Virus record (IMG/VR): IMGVR_UViG_650627003_000001
Span: 32,001-96,000 of that record
Reading direction: 5' to 3' (one strand)
Length of the DNA: 64,000 nucleotides
Origin: a virus
Lineage: Duplodnaviria > Caudoviricetes
Shown here: one piece after another, positions 26,684-36,721 of the stretch
How the letters are laid out: every line of letters begins with the position of its first letter
Numbering within the stretch: the stretch's first letter is position 1
The notes under the pieces: generated by a model
The model's database searches: none
The model's input: only the letters and a program-made list of their open reading frames with translations
Told to the model about the DNA's origin: nothing
Made by a program: the position numbers and the translations under genes

Positions 26684-26937
26684 TTTCGCACCTTAATAAA
26701 CTCGTCTACTGTTAATAGAAAATCTGTGATTGAAAGCGCACCAGTATTTGCATTTGACGTAAACTGAGTCTTAAAATTACGATATGGATTTCGTGTAACT
26801 AAACCAACATGAATGCGAACTGGACGAGTAACAGGAAATAGTCCGAATACTGTTTTAGTCTTCAGTTCATAACGATACATTTCATATTGACCATCTTCAG
26901 GCATTTTGGTCATGAGTAAATTAATTTTGTTAATCAT
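26680..26937 (-). CDS. hypothetical protein (start moved to MINK)
   Basis: SD GGAGGAG before ATG 26937; terminator lies within the longer ORF call. Confidence 0.7.
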   Translation of the reverse strand: MINKINLLMTKMPEDGQYEMYRYELKTKTVFGLFPVTRPVRIHVGLVTRNPYRNFKTQFTSNANTGALSITDFLLTVDEFIKVRK

Positions 26938-26974
26938 AGCGATCTCCTCCGTATTTGCATTATACCATAAAAAC

Positions 26975-26997
26975 AAAAAAGGAGCACAAGGCTCCTT
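26975..26997 (-). terminator. rho-independent terminator
   Basis: AAGGAGC-CTTGT-GCTCCTT-TTTT. Confidence 0.8.
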
Positions 26998-26999
26998 AA

Positions 27000-27395
27000 T
27001 TATTTTGTAACTGTCTTGATAATATCTTGTGCAGCGCCGTAAGATGTGTTCCACATGAATTCAAGCTCTGTGCGTTTAAGCTTAGGACGATGATAGATGT
27101 CGCGAAGCTTGTTAATTGCATAGATATAACCTTCTTTATTACCTGTCAACAGGCAGTTCTCTGCATGCTTTTTAAGACGTTCAATTTCACGCTTATTCTT
27201 TTTAAGAATTTTAGTAGCACGACGTTTTGCTTCTTTCTGAACCCATTCGTCTTGAATAGCTTGTGCATCAAAAGCTAAATCAATAGAATCTTCGGTAGAA
27301 ATAGATTCATCGCCTAGTTGTTCTAAAATAGCTTCACGGGCTTCAAAAGCTTGTTCTTGAGTTAAACCGATTTGATCAGGTGATTGCATAATCAT
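27000..27395 (-). CDS. a-gt.4-like conserved protein
   Basis: KEAKRRATKILKKNKREIERLKKHAE..Y.YAI.KLRDIY; synteny below gp55. Confidence 0.75.
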   Translation of the reverse strand: MIMQSPDQIGLTQEQAFEAREAILEQLGDESISTEDSIDLAFDAQAIQDEWVQKEAKRRATKILKKNKREIERLKKHAENCLLTGNKEGYIYAINKLRDIYHRPKLKRTELEFMWNTSYGAAQDIIKTVTK

Positions 27396-27601
27396 TCCTT
27401 TATTACAAAATAAAATTCAGTTTCAGTTACTTCAAAGTAACATTTAGTAGAGCTTTCAAAACTGAAAGTAGGGTCATGAGGGTTTAATGGGTCGATCTCT
27501 ACATCGAATCCCATCTCATGCATAATTAATTTAAGGCCGTATGGGATAGCCGAATAATCGTCTTCATTTAATAAATGAGTTAAGTCAAGTTTCTTCTCCA
27601 T
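27392..27601 (-). CDS. a-gt.5-like conserved protein
   Basis: LDLTHLL, IPYGLK, IDPLN; directly after 55. Confidence 0.65.
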   Translation of the reverse strand: MEKKLDLTHLLNEDDYSAIPYGLKLIMHEMGFDVEIDPLNPHDPTFSFESSTKCYFEVTETEFYFVIKE

Positions 27602-28118
27602 ACAAGAAATCCAAGTTTGCTAGCTCGAGTTCGTCAGATGGTTTTTTCTCTGGCTTTTTCGCAGCTAATGATTGTTCGTATTGTTGCATTTTATCGTAAA
27701 TGTCTTGGATGAATGTTTCATCTGCAAGTTCTGCCATATCAGCATCTTTTGAATCGTAGACATGATGGATAAAGTATGCATGCTTCTTAGCAATGTCAGC
27801 CTTTTCTTTCTTGATACGCTGAACAAATGCATTAAAGCAAATCATAGAGATATACGCATGCGGATTTTTGTATTTTGTAACATCAAAGTTAGGCAAATAC
27901 TTGATTGTGGTCTCAATGGCATCACCGATCATTTCCTCTTTCCAAGAAGAAGTATATCGAGAAAATTTCCAATAACCAGAAGCGCCTTTGGCGATCGAGA
28001 CAATTGCATTTCCGATATAATCAGATGCTTTGACTGTATGTCCGGCCAATTCACACTCTTCTTTCCACTTACAAATAGCGTCATAGAGCTCTTTGTTATC
28101 TACATAGTTTTTAGACAT
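27585..28118 (-). CDS. 55: late sigma factor gp55
   Basis: [37 protein letters not shown]-terminal LDFLY. Confidence 0.97.
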   Translation of the reverse strand: MSKNYVDNKELYDAICKWKEECELAGHTVKASDYIGNAIVSIAKGASGYWKFSRYTSSWKEEMIGDAIETTIKYLPNFDVTKYKNPHAYISMICFNAFVQRIKKEKADIAKKHAYFIHHVYDSKDADMAELADETFIQDIYDKMQQYEQSLAAKKPEKKPSDELELANLDFLYGEET

Positions 28119-28139
28119 AATACACCTCGCTTTTAGATA

Positions 28140-28166
28140 ATTATATCTTAAAACTACTAAAGTATT
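28140..28166 (-). promoter_or_regulatory. middle-type promoter for 55
   Basis: ATACTT-N14-TATAAT. Confidence 0.5.
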
Positions 28167-28182
28167 TATGCCAAAAGGCCGA

Positions 28183-28431
28183 CTATTGTCGGCTTAGAGA
28201 TTTCTTAACTTCTAATGAAGCTGCAGAGAAGATTGAATCGTACGCATACTCTACTTGCATCCAATCATCACAAATGTATTCTAAATGATTGATTAGATCA
28301 GGCCCAATTGGACAAATTGAAGTAACGTCATCACGTTTTAAATGGATCTCGCCTAAAGAAGGAATTACTTTAATTTGAAGTAAATCTTGATCTTTAAGTT
28401 CGAGATGGAGTTCTAAGTATTTCTGTAGCAT
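28183..28431 (-). CDS. hypothetical protein
   Basis: 82 aa with SD behind early promoter. Confidence 0.75.
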   Translation of the reverse strand: MLQKYLELHLELKDQDLLQIKVIPSLGEIHLKRDDVTSICPIGPDLINHLEYICDDWMQVEYAYDSIFSAASLEVKKSLSRQ

Positions 28432-28457
28432 ATTAAGTTCCTCAAGTTGATAAGCCT

Positions 28458-28496
28458 ATAATACTAAAAAAGGAGAGCATTGTAAATACTCTCCTT
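28458..28496 (-). promoter_or_regulatory. composite terminator hairpin/early promoter (PeSL-like)
   Basis: AAGGAGAGTA-TTTACAA-TGCTCTCCTTTTTT-AG-TATTAT. Confidence 0.8.
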
Positions 28497-28504
28497 AAAA
28501 TATT

Positions 28505-28807
28505 TTAAAAAACGTCTACGTCATAACCTAAGTCAAAAAGTTTTTGACGTAATTTAGGTTTTGGTACTAACTCATCATCAATAAAAATGACTGGATACAC
28601 AATTCGACGTGACTCGAAATTTGCACGCTTTACTAGTTGATCAATCATGTTGATGTCATACTTAACTTCGCCATCAACAAGATTTAAGACTTCGTAAAAC
28701 TCATAGTCCAATTTGGCTTCTTTTTCAAGAATTCGACAAATCTCTCTACAAGAATGACAATGCATTACTTCTGGTTTAACGCCGTAAATTTCTACTTTAT
28801 TCTTCAT
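28505..28807 (-). CDS. nrdH: glutaredoxin (NrdH-like)
   Basis: VEIYG..CHSC, YPVIFID. Confidence 0.75.
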   Translation of the reverse strand: MKNKVEIYGVKPEVMHCHSCREICRILEKEAKLDYEFYEVLNLVDGEVKYDINMIDQLVKRANFESRRIVYPVIFIDDELVPKPKLRQKLFDLGYDVDVF

Positions 28808-29048
28808 AGAAACACCCAGAATAATGGATGAAGTTTTCTATTTCAGTAGGATCAAAATCTACTAATTGGAGTTCTGATAAAATTTCACGAATATCATTAG
28901 AACAAACTGTTTCTTTATTATGTTCTTTGTATTGCTTATATCCATTAGACCAAGTTTCAAAATACACAGACCCAACAGCCTGGACTTCAACTAATAGACG
29001 ATCACCAGTACCAGATTCGTATCGATTAGCACAACTTATAACTTTCAT
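28797..29048 (-). CDS. hypothetical protein
   Basis: 83 aa ORF. Confidence 0.7.
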   Translation of the reverse strand: MKVISCANRYESGTGDRLLVEVQAVGSVYFETWSNGYKQYKEHNKETVCSNDIREILSELQLVDFDPTEIENFIHYSGCFYEE

Positions 29049-29050
29049 TT

Positions 29051-30127
29051 TTAACTCTCTAAATATTTTAAATACTGTTTAACCCAAATGATTAATTCGG
29101 ATCGTTCTTCCTTTGATAGTGGATTAAGCAAATCTTTAAACGAATTTTCCATCAAAATTCTAACATGTTCTTTTTTAACATACTTTACAATGTCAAGTTT
29201 TGAAAGGCGTTCAATATAATCCTTTCTTGATTCTATCTTGGATTTTATTACAATGCCAGATTTAATCAGCTTATAACAATCACCACGCTTCAATCCGTAT
29301 TCAGATTCTAACTCGGCATTAGAAGAATACTTTTTACCTGTTCGTGTATCATATAGTGGAAATCGGTTTCTTGCAATTTCTGGAGGAAGACCCCATTTTT
29401 CATTGGTTAAATCAATTTGCCCTTTGACAACATTAGTTAATCTCGAGGCATCAATCCCATGCAATCTTGCGAATTCTGCTTGATTTGTCACTTCATGGGC
29501 AGTATTTGTTGAATAGTCCCACAAAGTATACGAAGACACTATAGACAATGCAGAGTGTTTTTCGGATTTAGATCTACCAAATTCCCAACCGGTTTTTAAA
29601 TGTCTTTCAACTTCATCCGGATGAACATATTTTGTTCGTTGTCCAATCTTATACATCACAGACCAACCCACATGTTCATTGCCTACGTCGTAAGATAACC
29701 ATTTAGCTATATCATCTTCAGTTAAATCGTCAAAACAATTCGGATTGAAATGGCCACCAATTTGTTTATTCAACCACATAGGATCTCTTAAAACGTCATT
29801 AGCTAGTTGTAACTCCATTTCTGCCATTAAAGCTTTGCCCCAAGTCTTATACCATCCAACAATCACGAATGACTCAGGTTCTATCCCTTCTTGTAGCATT
29901 TCATTTACTAAATTCGATGATGAGCTATAAGTTTTCCAATCAGACTCAATAAATCCACATTTAGGCCCTCGTTTAAATTCAGAAGGACATTGTTTAATTT
30001 TCTTCCAAAGTTTTTTAACACCAATATACTTTTTACCATTTTTAAAGGTGATTACGTATGTAAATGCTAAATAATCCTTTATATCAACTTCTTTAAAAAC
30101 TGTCCAATGCCCATAATCAAAGTTCAT
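29051..30127 (-). CDS. GIY-YIG-family homing endonuclease (start moved to MNFD)
   Basis: FTYVITFKNGKKYIG.KK, ESDWKTYSSSS, WLNKQI; C-terminal HTH-like NQAEFARLHGI. Confidence 0.75.
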   Translation of the reverse strand: MNFDYGHWTVFKEVDIKDYLAFTYVITFKNGKKYIGVKKLWKKIKQCPSEFKRGPKCGFIESDWKTYSSSSNLVNEMLQEGIEPESFVIVGWYKTWGKALMAEMELQLANDVLRDPMWLNKQIGGHFNPNCFDDLTEDDIAKWLSYDVGNEHVGWSVMYKIGQRTKYVHPDEVERHLKTGWEFGRSKSEKHSALSIVSSYTLWDYSTNTAHEVTNQAEFARLHGIDASRLTNVVKGQIDLTNEKWGLPPEIARNRFPLYDTRTGKKYSSNAELESEYGLKRGDCYKLIKSGIVIKSKIESRKDYIERLSKLDIVKYVKKEHVRILMENSFKDLLNPLSKEERSELIIWVKQYLKYLES

Positions 30128-30162
30128 AATACACCCGTTTAATATAATTACAAGTGTATTTA

Positions 30163-30441
30163 TCAACCTTTAAAGATGAAATCTCGCTGGCTAGTAAAAA
30201 GACACCAATGAGTTCGATCAAATCCTCGTTTTAAAGAACTTACTTCAAAGTTATCAGATTCACGAACCATAGTACGCACACCTTCTAATGAATGTGTTGC
30301 ACTAATTGGCAGCGACCAAACATTAGTAATCAAAAACACATCGTCTTCTTTAATTTCAGGATATGTAGAACTCAATAAAGGATGAGCCTTTAACAGTTTA
30401 GCTGTCATTAAAATCTTTTTGCCTTTAAGAGACATGATCAC
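30163..30441 (-). CDS. hypothetical protein (paralogue family)
   Basis: 92 aa, ends HWCLFT. Confidence 0.7.
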   Translation of the reverse strand: MIMSLKGKKILMTAKLLKAHPLLSSTYPEIKEDDVFLITNVWSLPISATHSLEGVRTMVRESDNFEVSSLKRGFDRTHWCLFTSQRDFIFKG

Positions 30442-30755
30442 TCCTTTTTGATTAAACGAGCTGAGTCAGTTTGGACAAATAATGCCCAGAATTCTGCTGT
30501 ATCAGGATTTCCATCATTAATGTCAATGACATCATCAGAAGAAATGTGTTTAATTTTATCAACACCCCACCCGTCAACATCAGAACCGGTATAGCCTTCA
30601 GCCTCGGCTACTGTTTTTAAATCAACAACTGAAATGACTTCATAAGGCTGACCAGCTCGAATACCATAAGCTTCTACAATTGTTTCATTTGAAAGAATGT
30701 AGTCATTATTTGGTACCAGCATATCACCTGGTTCTGGGATTTGGAAAATTGGCAT
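30438..30755 (-). CDS. hypothetical protein (paralogue family)
   Basis: 105 aa, ends FWALFV. Confidence 0.75.
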   Translation of the reverse strand: MPIFQIPEPGDMLVPNNDYILSNETIVEAYGIRAGQPYEVISVVDLKTVAEAEGYTGSDVDGWGVDKIKHISSDDVIDINDGNPDTAEFWALFVQTDSARLIKKE

Positions 30756-31045
30756 TATACTACCTCATACTCGTCTTGTAAGCCTTCAGAAATGATCGCC
30801 CAAAGATCACCACCTTTATAGAACGTAGATTTGATGTCCAGGATCGCTTGTTGGTCCACGTTTAGCAATGATGTTGCTCCGGTGAATATTTCTTCACCAA
30901 TATCGCTTTCCGCTACACGTAACACCTGGTACGTATCTTTAGTGTTAAGAAATCCATCAAAGTGTTCGACAATAGTTTCATTTAATGGATCTTTGATAAG
31001 CACATCTGTGATGCGCACTTTAGTCCCAACATTGATTTTCTTCAT
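30755..31045 (-). CDS. hypothetical protein (paralogue family; start moved to MKKI)
   Basis: SD GAGG before ATG 31045. Confidence 0.7.
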   Translation of the reverse strand: MKKINVGTKVRITDVLIKDPLNETIVEHFDGFLNTKDTYQVLRVAESDIGEEIFTGATSLLNVDQQAILDIKSTFYKGGDLWAIISEGLQDEYEVV

Positions 31046-31052
31046 AAGAACC

Positions 31053-32009
31053 TCAGTATCGTGTTTTAATTTCTTCAATTGATTTTGTCGAAGTAACAAA
31101 GCTAAGCTTATCTGCACGAAGCTGTTGCAAGTCTTTACTAAGTTCAACAAGTTCTTTATTCAACTCTTCGATACGTTGAATAGTTGCAGACTCTTTACTA
31201 TCTATATTATCATACAAAGATTGTAAAGCTTGTGTCAAATCAACTTCTGCAATAGGTTTAGGCTCTTCGACTGCGAACTTATACTTTGTAAACACGTCTT
31301 CGAGTGGAGTAATAACCATTTCGATTATGGTACTTTTGCCAAAAGCTTTTTGCGATGGTTTATCGATTTCTTTAAACAATTTAGTTTGATTTAGGCCATG
31401 ATAAAATGCCCAACCAATTCTATTAGCTCGAGCTGTAACCTTCTTTTCATCTGATGTATACACATAAGAACAGCTTAAAACAAATTTTAACACGCCTTTA
31501 TCAAGAATAAACCCAAAGTGATAATTACCATCTGACGACAATACTCGAGTTTGACTGAATCCATGAGATCGTCGAATATATTGTGTCAACAAACATTCAC
31601 TTGTATATCGATGAATTAACGCAGTCAAAGGCTTTAAAGAATTGTTTAATTCTGTACACAACTCAAGAGTGCTTGTAATTCCTTCAAGGTTTCTACCTGC
31701 TACAGTTAGAACACCATCTTTAACTGTGCATCGTTTGAGTGAATTCTTTGCCAAGAAAACTGATGTTTCTGGGCGCTTCATGAGATATGTGACCACCATA
31801 CTAAAGTCTTTTTTAATTAATGCAGGATTTGCAGCAATAGCAAAAACTTCAGATGCAATTTTTTTAACGGTTACATCAGGAATCTCACCATAATGCTCAA
31901 TCTGATCGATATAAAAATTGACATATCGCTTTGCAGAATTGATATTATTTGGTCCAAGTGACGTGCTGGCTTTGTCCAATAGAATTTTTTCAAGAATTCG
32001 ACGGTTCAT
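31053..32009 (-). CDS. hypothetical protein with C-terminal coiled coil
   Basis: SD GGAG before ATG 32009; heptad-rich tail. Confidence 0.8.
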   Translation of the reverse strand: MNRRILEKILLDKASTSLGPNNINSAKRYVNFYIDQIEHYGEIPDVTVKKIASEVFAIAANPALIKKDFSMVVTYLMKRPETSVFLAKNSLKRCTVKDGVLTVAGRNLEGITSTLELCTELNNSLKPLTALIHRYTSECLLTQYIRRSHGFSQTRVLSSDGNYHFGFILDKGVLKFVLSCSYVYTSDEKKVTARANRIGWAFYHGLNQTKLFKEIDKPSQKAFGKSTIIEMVITPLEDVFTKYKFAVEEPKPIAEVDLTQALQSLYDNIDSKESATIQRIEELNKELVELSKDLQQLRADKLSFVTSTKSIEEIKTRY

Positions 32010-32010
32010 A

Positions 32011-33057
32011 TTATTCTCCACTACAAATTTTAAATGCTTTATTCAATACTTCAGTGTCTGCTTCGATCTTTTCTAGATCTTTTTTAAGCAGACAAATGTC
32101 ATTATTAGCGGCCACTGCAATTTCACGTTTCTCTTCAATTTTACGTTTGATCTCACTGGCTTTATCGACCATACTCAAGATCTTTGCATTTAGTGCTGAC
32201 GCTGCTGCATTTACCGGTGGCGCTTCTGGTATTAACTCAGAAAGATCTACTTCTTGACATAAGTTAGAAGTAAATATTTTAGGCACATCAAGAGCAACAT
32301 TTGTTGTATGAACTTCTAATGTTACATAGCACATATTAGAAGGTTCATTTAGATTAGTTGACTCGACAAATGCAACGTTAGGCATATATTGTGTCATTCC
32401 TAGTATTGCTTGTTGAAGTTGTCGTGCAACAAGTTTACTATTTTTAGAATCAACATTTGTACGAATTGTGAACCGTACTCGACGAGGGTCTAAACATGTC
32501 ACTTCTAAAATTGTTTTGTTGTAGACTATATCGTTAGAATTTCGATTACGAACATAAAAACTGTTGTGATCTATTCTTGACAGCATGCCGTTATAGAAAT
32601 TACACATTTTGTCTGAACTTGCCTTTGCACCAAGCTTTAACAATCGACCATTGAACATAAAAAAGAATTGTGCAAAAGCAGCAGAATTTCCAAGATCTTT
32701 GCCTAAATAAAAGTTCTGGTCATCAAGTTTAAACTTTTTATTGTTCATACTGTGCGATTCTAAACATGTTAGTCTAAGACGGGTTCGAGATACATGTCGT
32801 GCTAAAATAGGCGTACGCTGGATCACGTTATAAAGTCTAAACCAAACACTAGGATGGTAACTAGAAACTTGATTGCGAATCGCAGTATAAATTTCTGTTC
32901 GATACTGAGGATCTCCTAAATCATTTGAGAATTCTTCGGAGATCACACGAGTTGAAGCAGAAATCAGACTCTTAGAATCTGCAATCTGAGCCTTAATTGC
33001 AGAGTAAGCATTTGGGAAATACTTTTTAATGTATTCCATTGCATTTAAATTATTCAT
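32011..33057 (-). CDS. hypothetical protein with C-terminal coiled coil
   Basis: 348 aa ORF, SD GAGG. Confidence 0.8.
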   Translation of the reverse strand: MNNLNAMEYIKKYFPNAYSAIKAQIADSKSLISASTRVISEEFSNDLGDPQYRTEIYTAIRNQVSSYHPSVWFRLYNVIQRTPILARHVSRTRLRLTCLESHSMNNKKFKLDDQNFYLGKDLGNSAAFAQFFFMFNGRLLKLGAKASSDKMCNFYNGMLSRIDHNSFYVRNRNSNDIVYNKTILEVTCLDPRRVRFTIRTNVDSKNSKLVARQLQQAILGMTQYMPNVAFVESTNLNEPSNMCYVTLEVHTTNVALDVPKIFTSNLCQEVDLSELIPEAPPVNAAASALNAKILSMVDKASEIKRKIEEKREIAVAANNDICLLKKDLEKIEADTEVLNKAFKICSGE

Positions 33058-33109
33058 TTCAACCTCGTCTATCTTTAATTTGAACCAGTTCTAAAATCTG
33101 GATTCCTCT

Positions 33110-33156
33110 TGTGTACGAGTTTATTATATTACACCAAACTCGTACACATTGTAAAC
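33110..33156 (-). promoter_or_regulatory. early promoter with -10 in loop of 13-bp inverted repeat
   Basis: GTTTACA..TGTGTACGAGTTT-GGTGTAATATAAT-AAACTCGTACACA. Confidence 0.75.
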
Positions 33157-33159
33157 AGT

Positions 33160-33933
33160 TTATTTCAAAATACTGTGAATTTGATTGAATATGTTTTGGA
33201 TTACTACAGCGTCACTGTCTTTAAACTTAATGTTATCTAAATTAGTGACATTCAATAAAGAACTAAGATCGTCAAGGCATTTCTTAGCCTTATCAGCTTG
33301 CTCATTAGAATAGAGCTGACGACGTTCTTGGGCCTTTAGGTTACCAATAGTGTTCGACAAGATATTCTTATTGAAGTGGTATAAGTTAGTATAAATGAGA
33401 TTTTTCTCTTTATCGTAATACGAATTGGTAATTGCATTACCAAACAGAGTTTGACCATCTAATGTAAAGTACACATTACCAATATTGTTAATGATTTCTA
33501 CCTTTTCAAGGCCTTTAGGAATCTCTAAAGCAAACATATATGAATGATGATCGAGAGTTTGAGTAACCAAGAATTGATTGGCAAATTGCTTGACTTGTTC
33601 TGATATAACTTCGTTAAGCGCATAGTCTTTTTCTTCTTGCACAACACCAGAAATACCATCAATTACTGTTGTAGTTGTTTTTACAACTTTCACAGTTTTG
33701 ATTTTATACCCAAGATTTGGGATTTGTACAAGTATTAAACGATTATTACTAGACTGATTGCCATACTTAATAATACGTCCGCCTTTATTAACAATGACTT
33801 GCCAATAAGAAATACCGTTACCAGTTTCATCGTGATGAATGATAAAGAATGTATCTAAATCATTCAATTTAACTTTACCATGCTTTTCTGCATAAGCTCC
33901 TAGAGCTAAAGACAACTTATTCCCGTTGATCAT
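33160..33933 (-). CDS. hypothetical protein (start moved to MING)
   Basis: SD GAGGAG before ATG 33933. Confidence 0.75.
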   Translation of the reverse strand: MINGNKLSLALGAYAEKHGKVKLNDLDTFFIIHHDETGNGISYWQVIVNKGGRIIKYGNQSSNNRLILVQIPNLGYKIKTVKVVKTTTTVIDGISGVVQEEKDYALNEVISEQVKQFANQFLVTQTLDHHSYMFALEIPKGLEKVEIINNIGNVYFTLDGQTLFGNAITNSYYDKEKNLIYTNLYHFNKNILSNTIGNLKAQERRQLYSNEQADKAKKCLDDLSSLLNVTNLDNIKFKDSDAVVIQNIFNQIHSILK

Positions 33934-33983
33934 AACGATCTCCTCAAGTATTGGACATGAATGTATTGTACCACACAAAATTA

Positions 33984-34418
33984 TTAGAGTAAACTACATT
34001 GATACATTTTAGAAACTGTATGATCATCCTTTGTTCTGACGAATTCTGCGTATACTTTAACAGGCCCTCTAAATTTATGATCTAAGCCAGGAATTTTACC
34101 TTCTGCGTTGGAGCCATTAGCAAAGTCTAAAACAAACACAACATCTTTTCCAAATGCATTGTCATAAACAGTTGTAGCAATTACATTAGCTTCGACTTCA
34201 AGGAAGCCCTCAGGAGCGTCCCCTCTTAACGTTTCAGCAATCTTGTATAATCTATCAGCATATTGGTCTAAAGCCATCTGTTGGGCCGGAGACAACGCAC
34301 CAGGTGGTATTTCTAGACTGGCTTTTATTGATAATCGCCCGGCTATCTTAAACGGCGCACCAAGATGCTTTATTTTTACAACTTGACTTGACCAGCTTAA
34401 TGGAATAATTCTAATCAT
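33984..34418 (-). CDS. hypothetical protein
   Basis: 144 aa, SD GAGG. Confidence 0.8.
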   Translation of the reverse strand: MIRIIPLSWSSQVVKIKHLGAPFKIAGRLSIKASLEIPPGALSPAQQMALDQYADRLYKIAETLRGDAPEGFLEVEANVIATTVYDNAFGKDVVFVLDFANGSNAEGKIPGLDHKFRGPVKVYAEFVRTKDDHTVSKMYQCSLL

Positions 34419-34427
34419 ATAAACCTC

Positions 34428-34448
34428 AAAAAGGGCCTTACGGCCCTT
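34428..34448 (-). terminator. rho-independent terminator
   Basis: AAGGGCC-GTAA-GGCCCTT-TTT. Confidence 0.85.
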
Positions 34449-34450
34449 GA

Positions 34451-34885
34451 CTAAAACAACACTTCTTTAAATGCTATTGGTTGGATGTGGATTGACTCAA
34501 TTGTGTGTACGCCATAATCCCCATATGGAAGATATTCTGAAATTGCTTCACGAGCCTTTTCAATTGCGTCTTCTTTTTGATGATCATGAAGACCTTCATA
34601 CTGTGCACCAAATAAAGCAAAAAGAGTGCGCTCTGAAGTTTTTTCAGCATCGCCGTCGTCACAATATTCATTAGACCAGTTATGTTGACTTGGACTGTCT
34701 AAATGTAAAGCTTTTAATGCACTAACAAGTCCATCTAAAAATTCGCGCATAGTAAGACTTGGTGAACCACTAAAAAATTCGTTTAATTCAAATTGAACTT
34801 GACCATCAACGAATCCAGTGGTTTGTGTAATATAATCCGCGTCGTTAGTGTCAGCTTTAATTACTAGTTCATGAGTATCTTTCAT
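34451..34885 (-). CDS. hypothetical protein
   Basis: 144 aa, SD AGGAG; ADTNDADY..GVHTI pattern. Confidence 0.8.
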   Translation of the reverse strand: MKDTHELVIKADTNDADYITQTTGFVDGQVQFELNEFFSGSPSLTMREFLDGLVSALKALHLDSPSQHNWSNEYCDDGDAEKTSERTLFALFGAQYEGLHDHQKEDAIEKAREAISEYLPYGDYGVHTIESIHIQPIAFKEVLF

Positions 34886-34894
34886 TTTAATCTC

Positions 34895-35122
34895 CTAGTT
34901 AATAATTACAATTGCTGATAATTCGTCGGCTTCGTATTCATCGAGATCTTCTTCGGAATATCGCTCTCCATCAGAATCAATATATGACTTAGATGGTGTA
35001 AACACAACCGGATTACAATTGTTGCCTTCATCATCAGAACAAGCGTATACTTCAAGTTCGCCAGCACCAGGATTTTCTTTAATAAACTCTTTCAAGTTTT
35101 CAATATATTCATTAAGTGTCAT
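34895..35122 (-). CDS. hypothetical protein (SDDEGN type)
   Basis: 75 aa, SD GAGG. Confidence 0.75.
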   Translation of the reverse strand: MTLNEYIENLKEFIKENPGAGELEVYACSDDEGNNCNPVVFTPSKSYIDSDGERYSEEDLDEYEADELSAIVIIN

Positions 35123-35123
35123 T

Positions 35124-35741
35124 TTAACCTCGACAATCTAAAGTGTTTGCTAATTTATAAATTGACTCATGACATGCTTTCTGTTCGCGAACATGAGCAT
35201 CTACAACTTCAAAATATTCTTTTTCGCGATCTAACACAGCCTGTGCATGTTCTTTGGTTTTGAACACGCCAACTACATCAGAAATTGGATAAATCATTTT
35301 TGTCCCGTCGTCTAATTTAACATGAACATCTGTATCTCGGAACGGACTAATGCCAATACATTCAAAAATATATGAATTGATAAATTCATAATTCTTTACC
35401 AATACAAATCGCCCAGGAACAAAGCCTTTGTGGAAAACTTCTAAATAAAATTCATGTGCAGCCGGAATACTAGCTCGTCCACCAGAAGTTTTACACACAT
35501 GAGCGATCCAATCATTAAGTTCGAACTCTTTTGAAATATCGATGCCTTGTTCTTCGACATACTCTTTAAAGTGATCTTTGCCAAAGTTCCAAGTTTGAGT
35601 CCCGAACTTACCATTAGCATAAGCAATTTGTTCGGCCTGAGATAAATGTCCTACGTCGCTTAATACTTTTTCAAATACAAATCGACTGATCATTCCCCAT
35701 TTGTACATTTCCTCTAGGTCTTTAGGCTCTGAACGAAACAT
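35124..35741 (-). CDS. hypothetical protein
   Basis: 205 aa ORF. Confidence 0.8.
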   Translation of the reverse strand: MFRSEPKDLEEMYKWGMISRFVFEKVLSDVGHLSQAEQIAYANGKFGTQTWNFGKDHFKEYVEEQGIDISKEFELNDWIAHVCKTSGGRASIPAAHEFYLEVFHKGFVPGRFVLVKNYEFINSYIFECIGISPFRDTDVHVKLDDGTKMIYPISDVVGVFKTKEHAQAVLDREKEYFEVVDAHVREQKACHESIYKLANTLDCRG

Positions 35742-36721
35742 TATTTGTTCTCCTCAATGAGTTGACTGACGTAAGCAACGTTGTTTTCAGAAAAAAGACT
35801 TTGTATCTTTAACTGATGATTTAGCTGTAGTATACCACTGTATTCTGAAGATGTAAACGAGTTTATTAAATGTTTTAGTTCTTCATGACTTTTGAATGTT
35901 TTAAATTCGTCAAGCCCAAGCACAGAGAGGCATTTATTTAGTTCAGTTAAATGATCGTAGACGCCGTCTAGGGTCGTTTTGATCTCAAGCTGTAGTTTCT
36001 TAACTTGTTCTTCAAAGTATGCATCTATACGTTCCTGAGACAATTCCTTCGCTACTTTAATTTCGTTTGGTCCAGCCATAAAGAAATCAACGAGTTCTTC
36101 AATAGAGACAAGTTCTAATACAGGCCATGCATCAAATGAATCGATAGAAATCCGTCTAAACGAATCAATATAAAAGTCTCTATTTGACAACCACATTCGA
36201 TCCATTGTGTCCCACGCAGAGTGTTCTAAGCCTACACGATAATTAATTTCTTTACCTATTAAATCAGTATCGGTATAAAAGAATTCGGTGTCGTTATAGT
36301 TTACTTTACTTACGCCAGCGATTTGAATCTTTTTAAGATCATCAAAAAGTCGATACATACTTTCTTTAAAGTATTCAAATCCAATATAGCTTAATATGTC
36401 AACTTTGGTATAAGATGAAGCATTTTTAAATACTTCGATCCACTCTTCTCGAGTCAAGACACGTGCATTTTTAAAATCCACACCATGAGCTTTTTTTCCT
36501 TCACTTAAACTATGGAAGTCTTTTTTGTATAGACGCTCTATAGAATTCTCATAACGAGACACATAAAAATGTCCGTCACATTCAAATAAGCGTGCATAAG
36601 GATTTAAACCATTGTTATACGGATTTTTAACAAATGTAATTGGCTCTTGTTTAAGTTCTTCAATCACAGATGTTTCAATCTTTTTAGATTTTGATTTGAA
36701 CAAATTTTTAAACCAATTCAT
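35741..36721 (-). CDS. hypothetical protein (start moved to MNWF)
   Basis: SD AGGAG and TAATG coupling at 36721. Confidence 0.8.
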   Translation of the reverse strand: MNWFKNLFKSKSKKIETSVIEELKQEPITFVKNPYNNGLNPYARLFECDGHFYVSRYENSIERLYKKDFHSLSEGKKAHGVDFKNARVLTREEWIEVFKNASSYTKVDILSYIGFEYFKESMYRLFDDLKKIQIAGVSKVNYNDTEFFYTDTDLIGKEINYRVGLEHSAWDTMDRMWLSNRDFYIDSFRRISIDSFDAWPVLELVSIEELVDFFMAGPNEIKVAKELSQERIDAYFEEQVKKLQLEIKTTLDGVYDHLTELNKCLSVLGLDEFKTFKSHEELKHLINSFTSSEYSGILQLNHQLKIQSLFSENNVAYVSQLIEENK

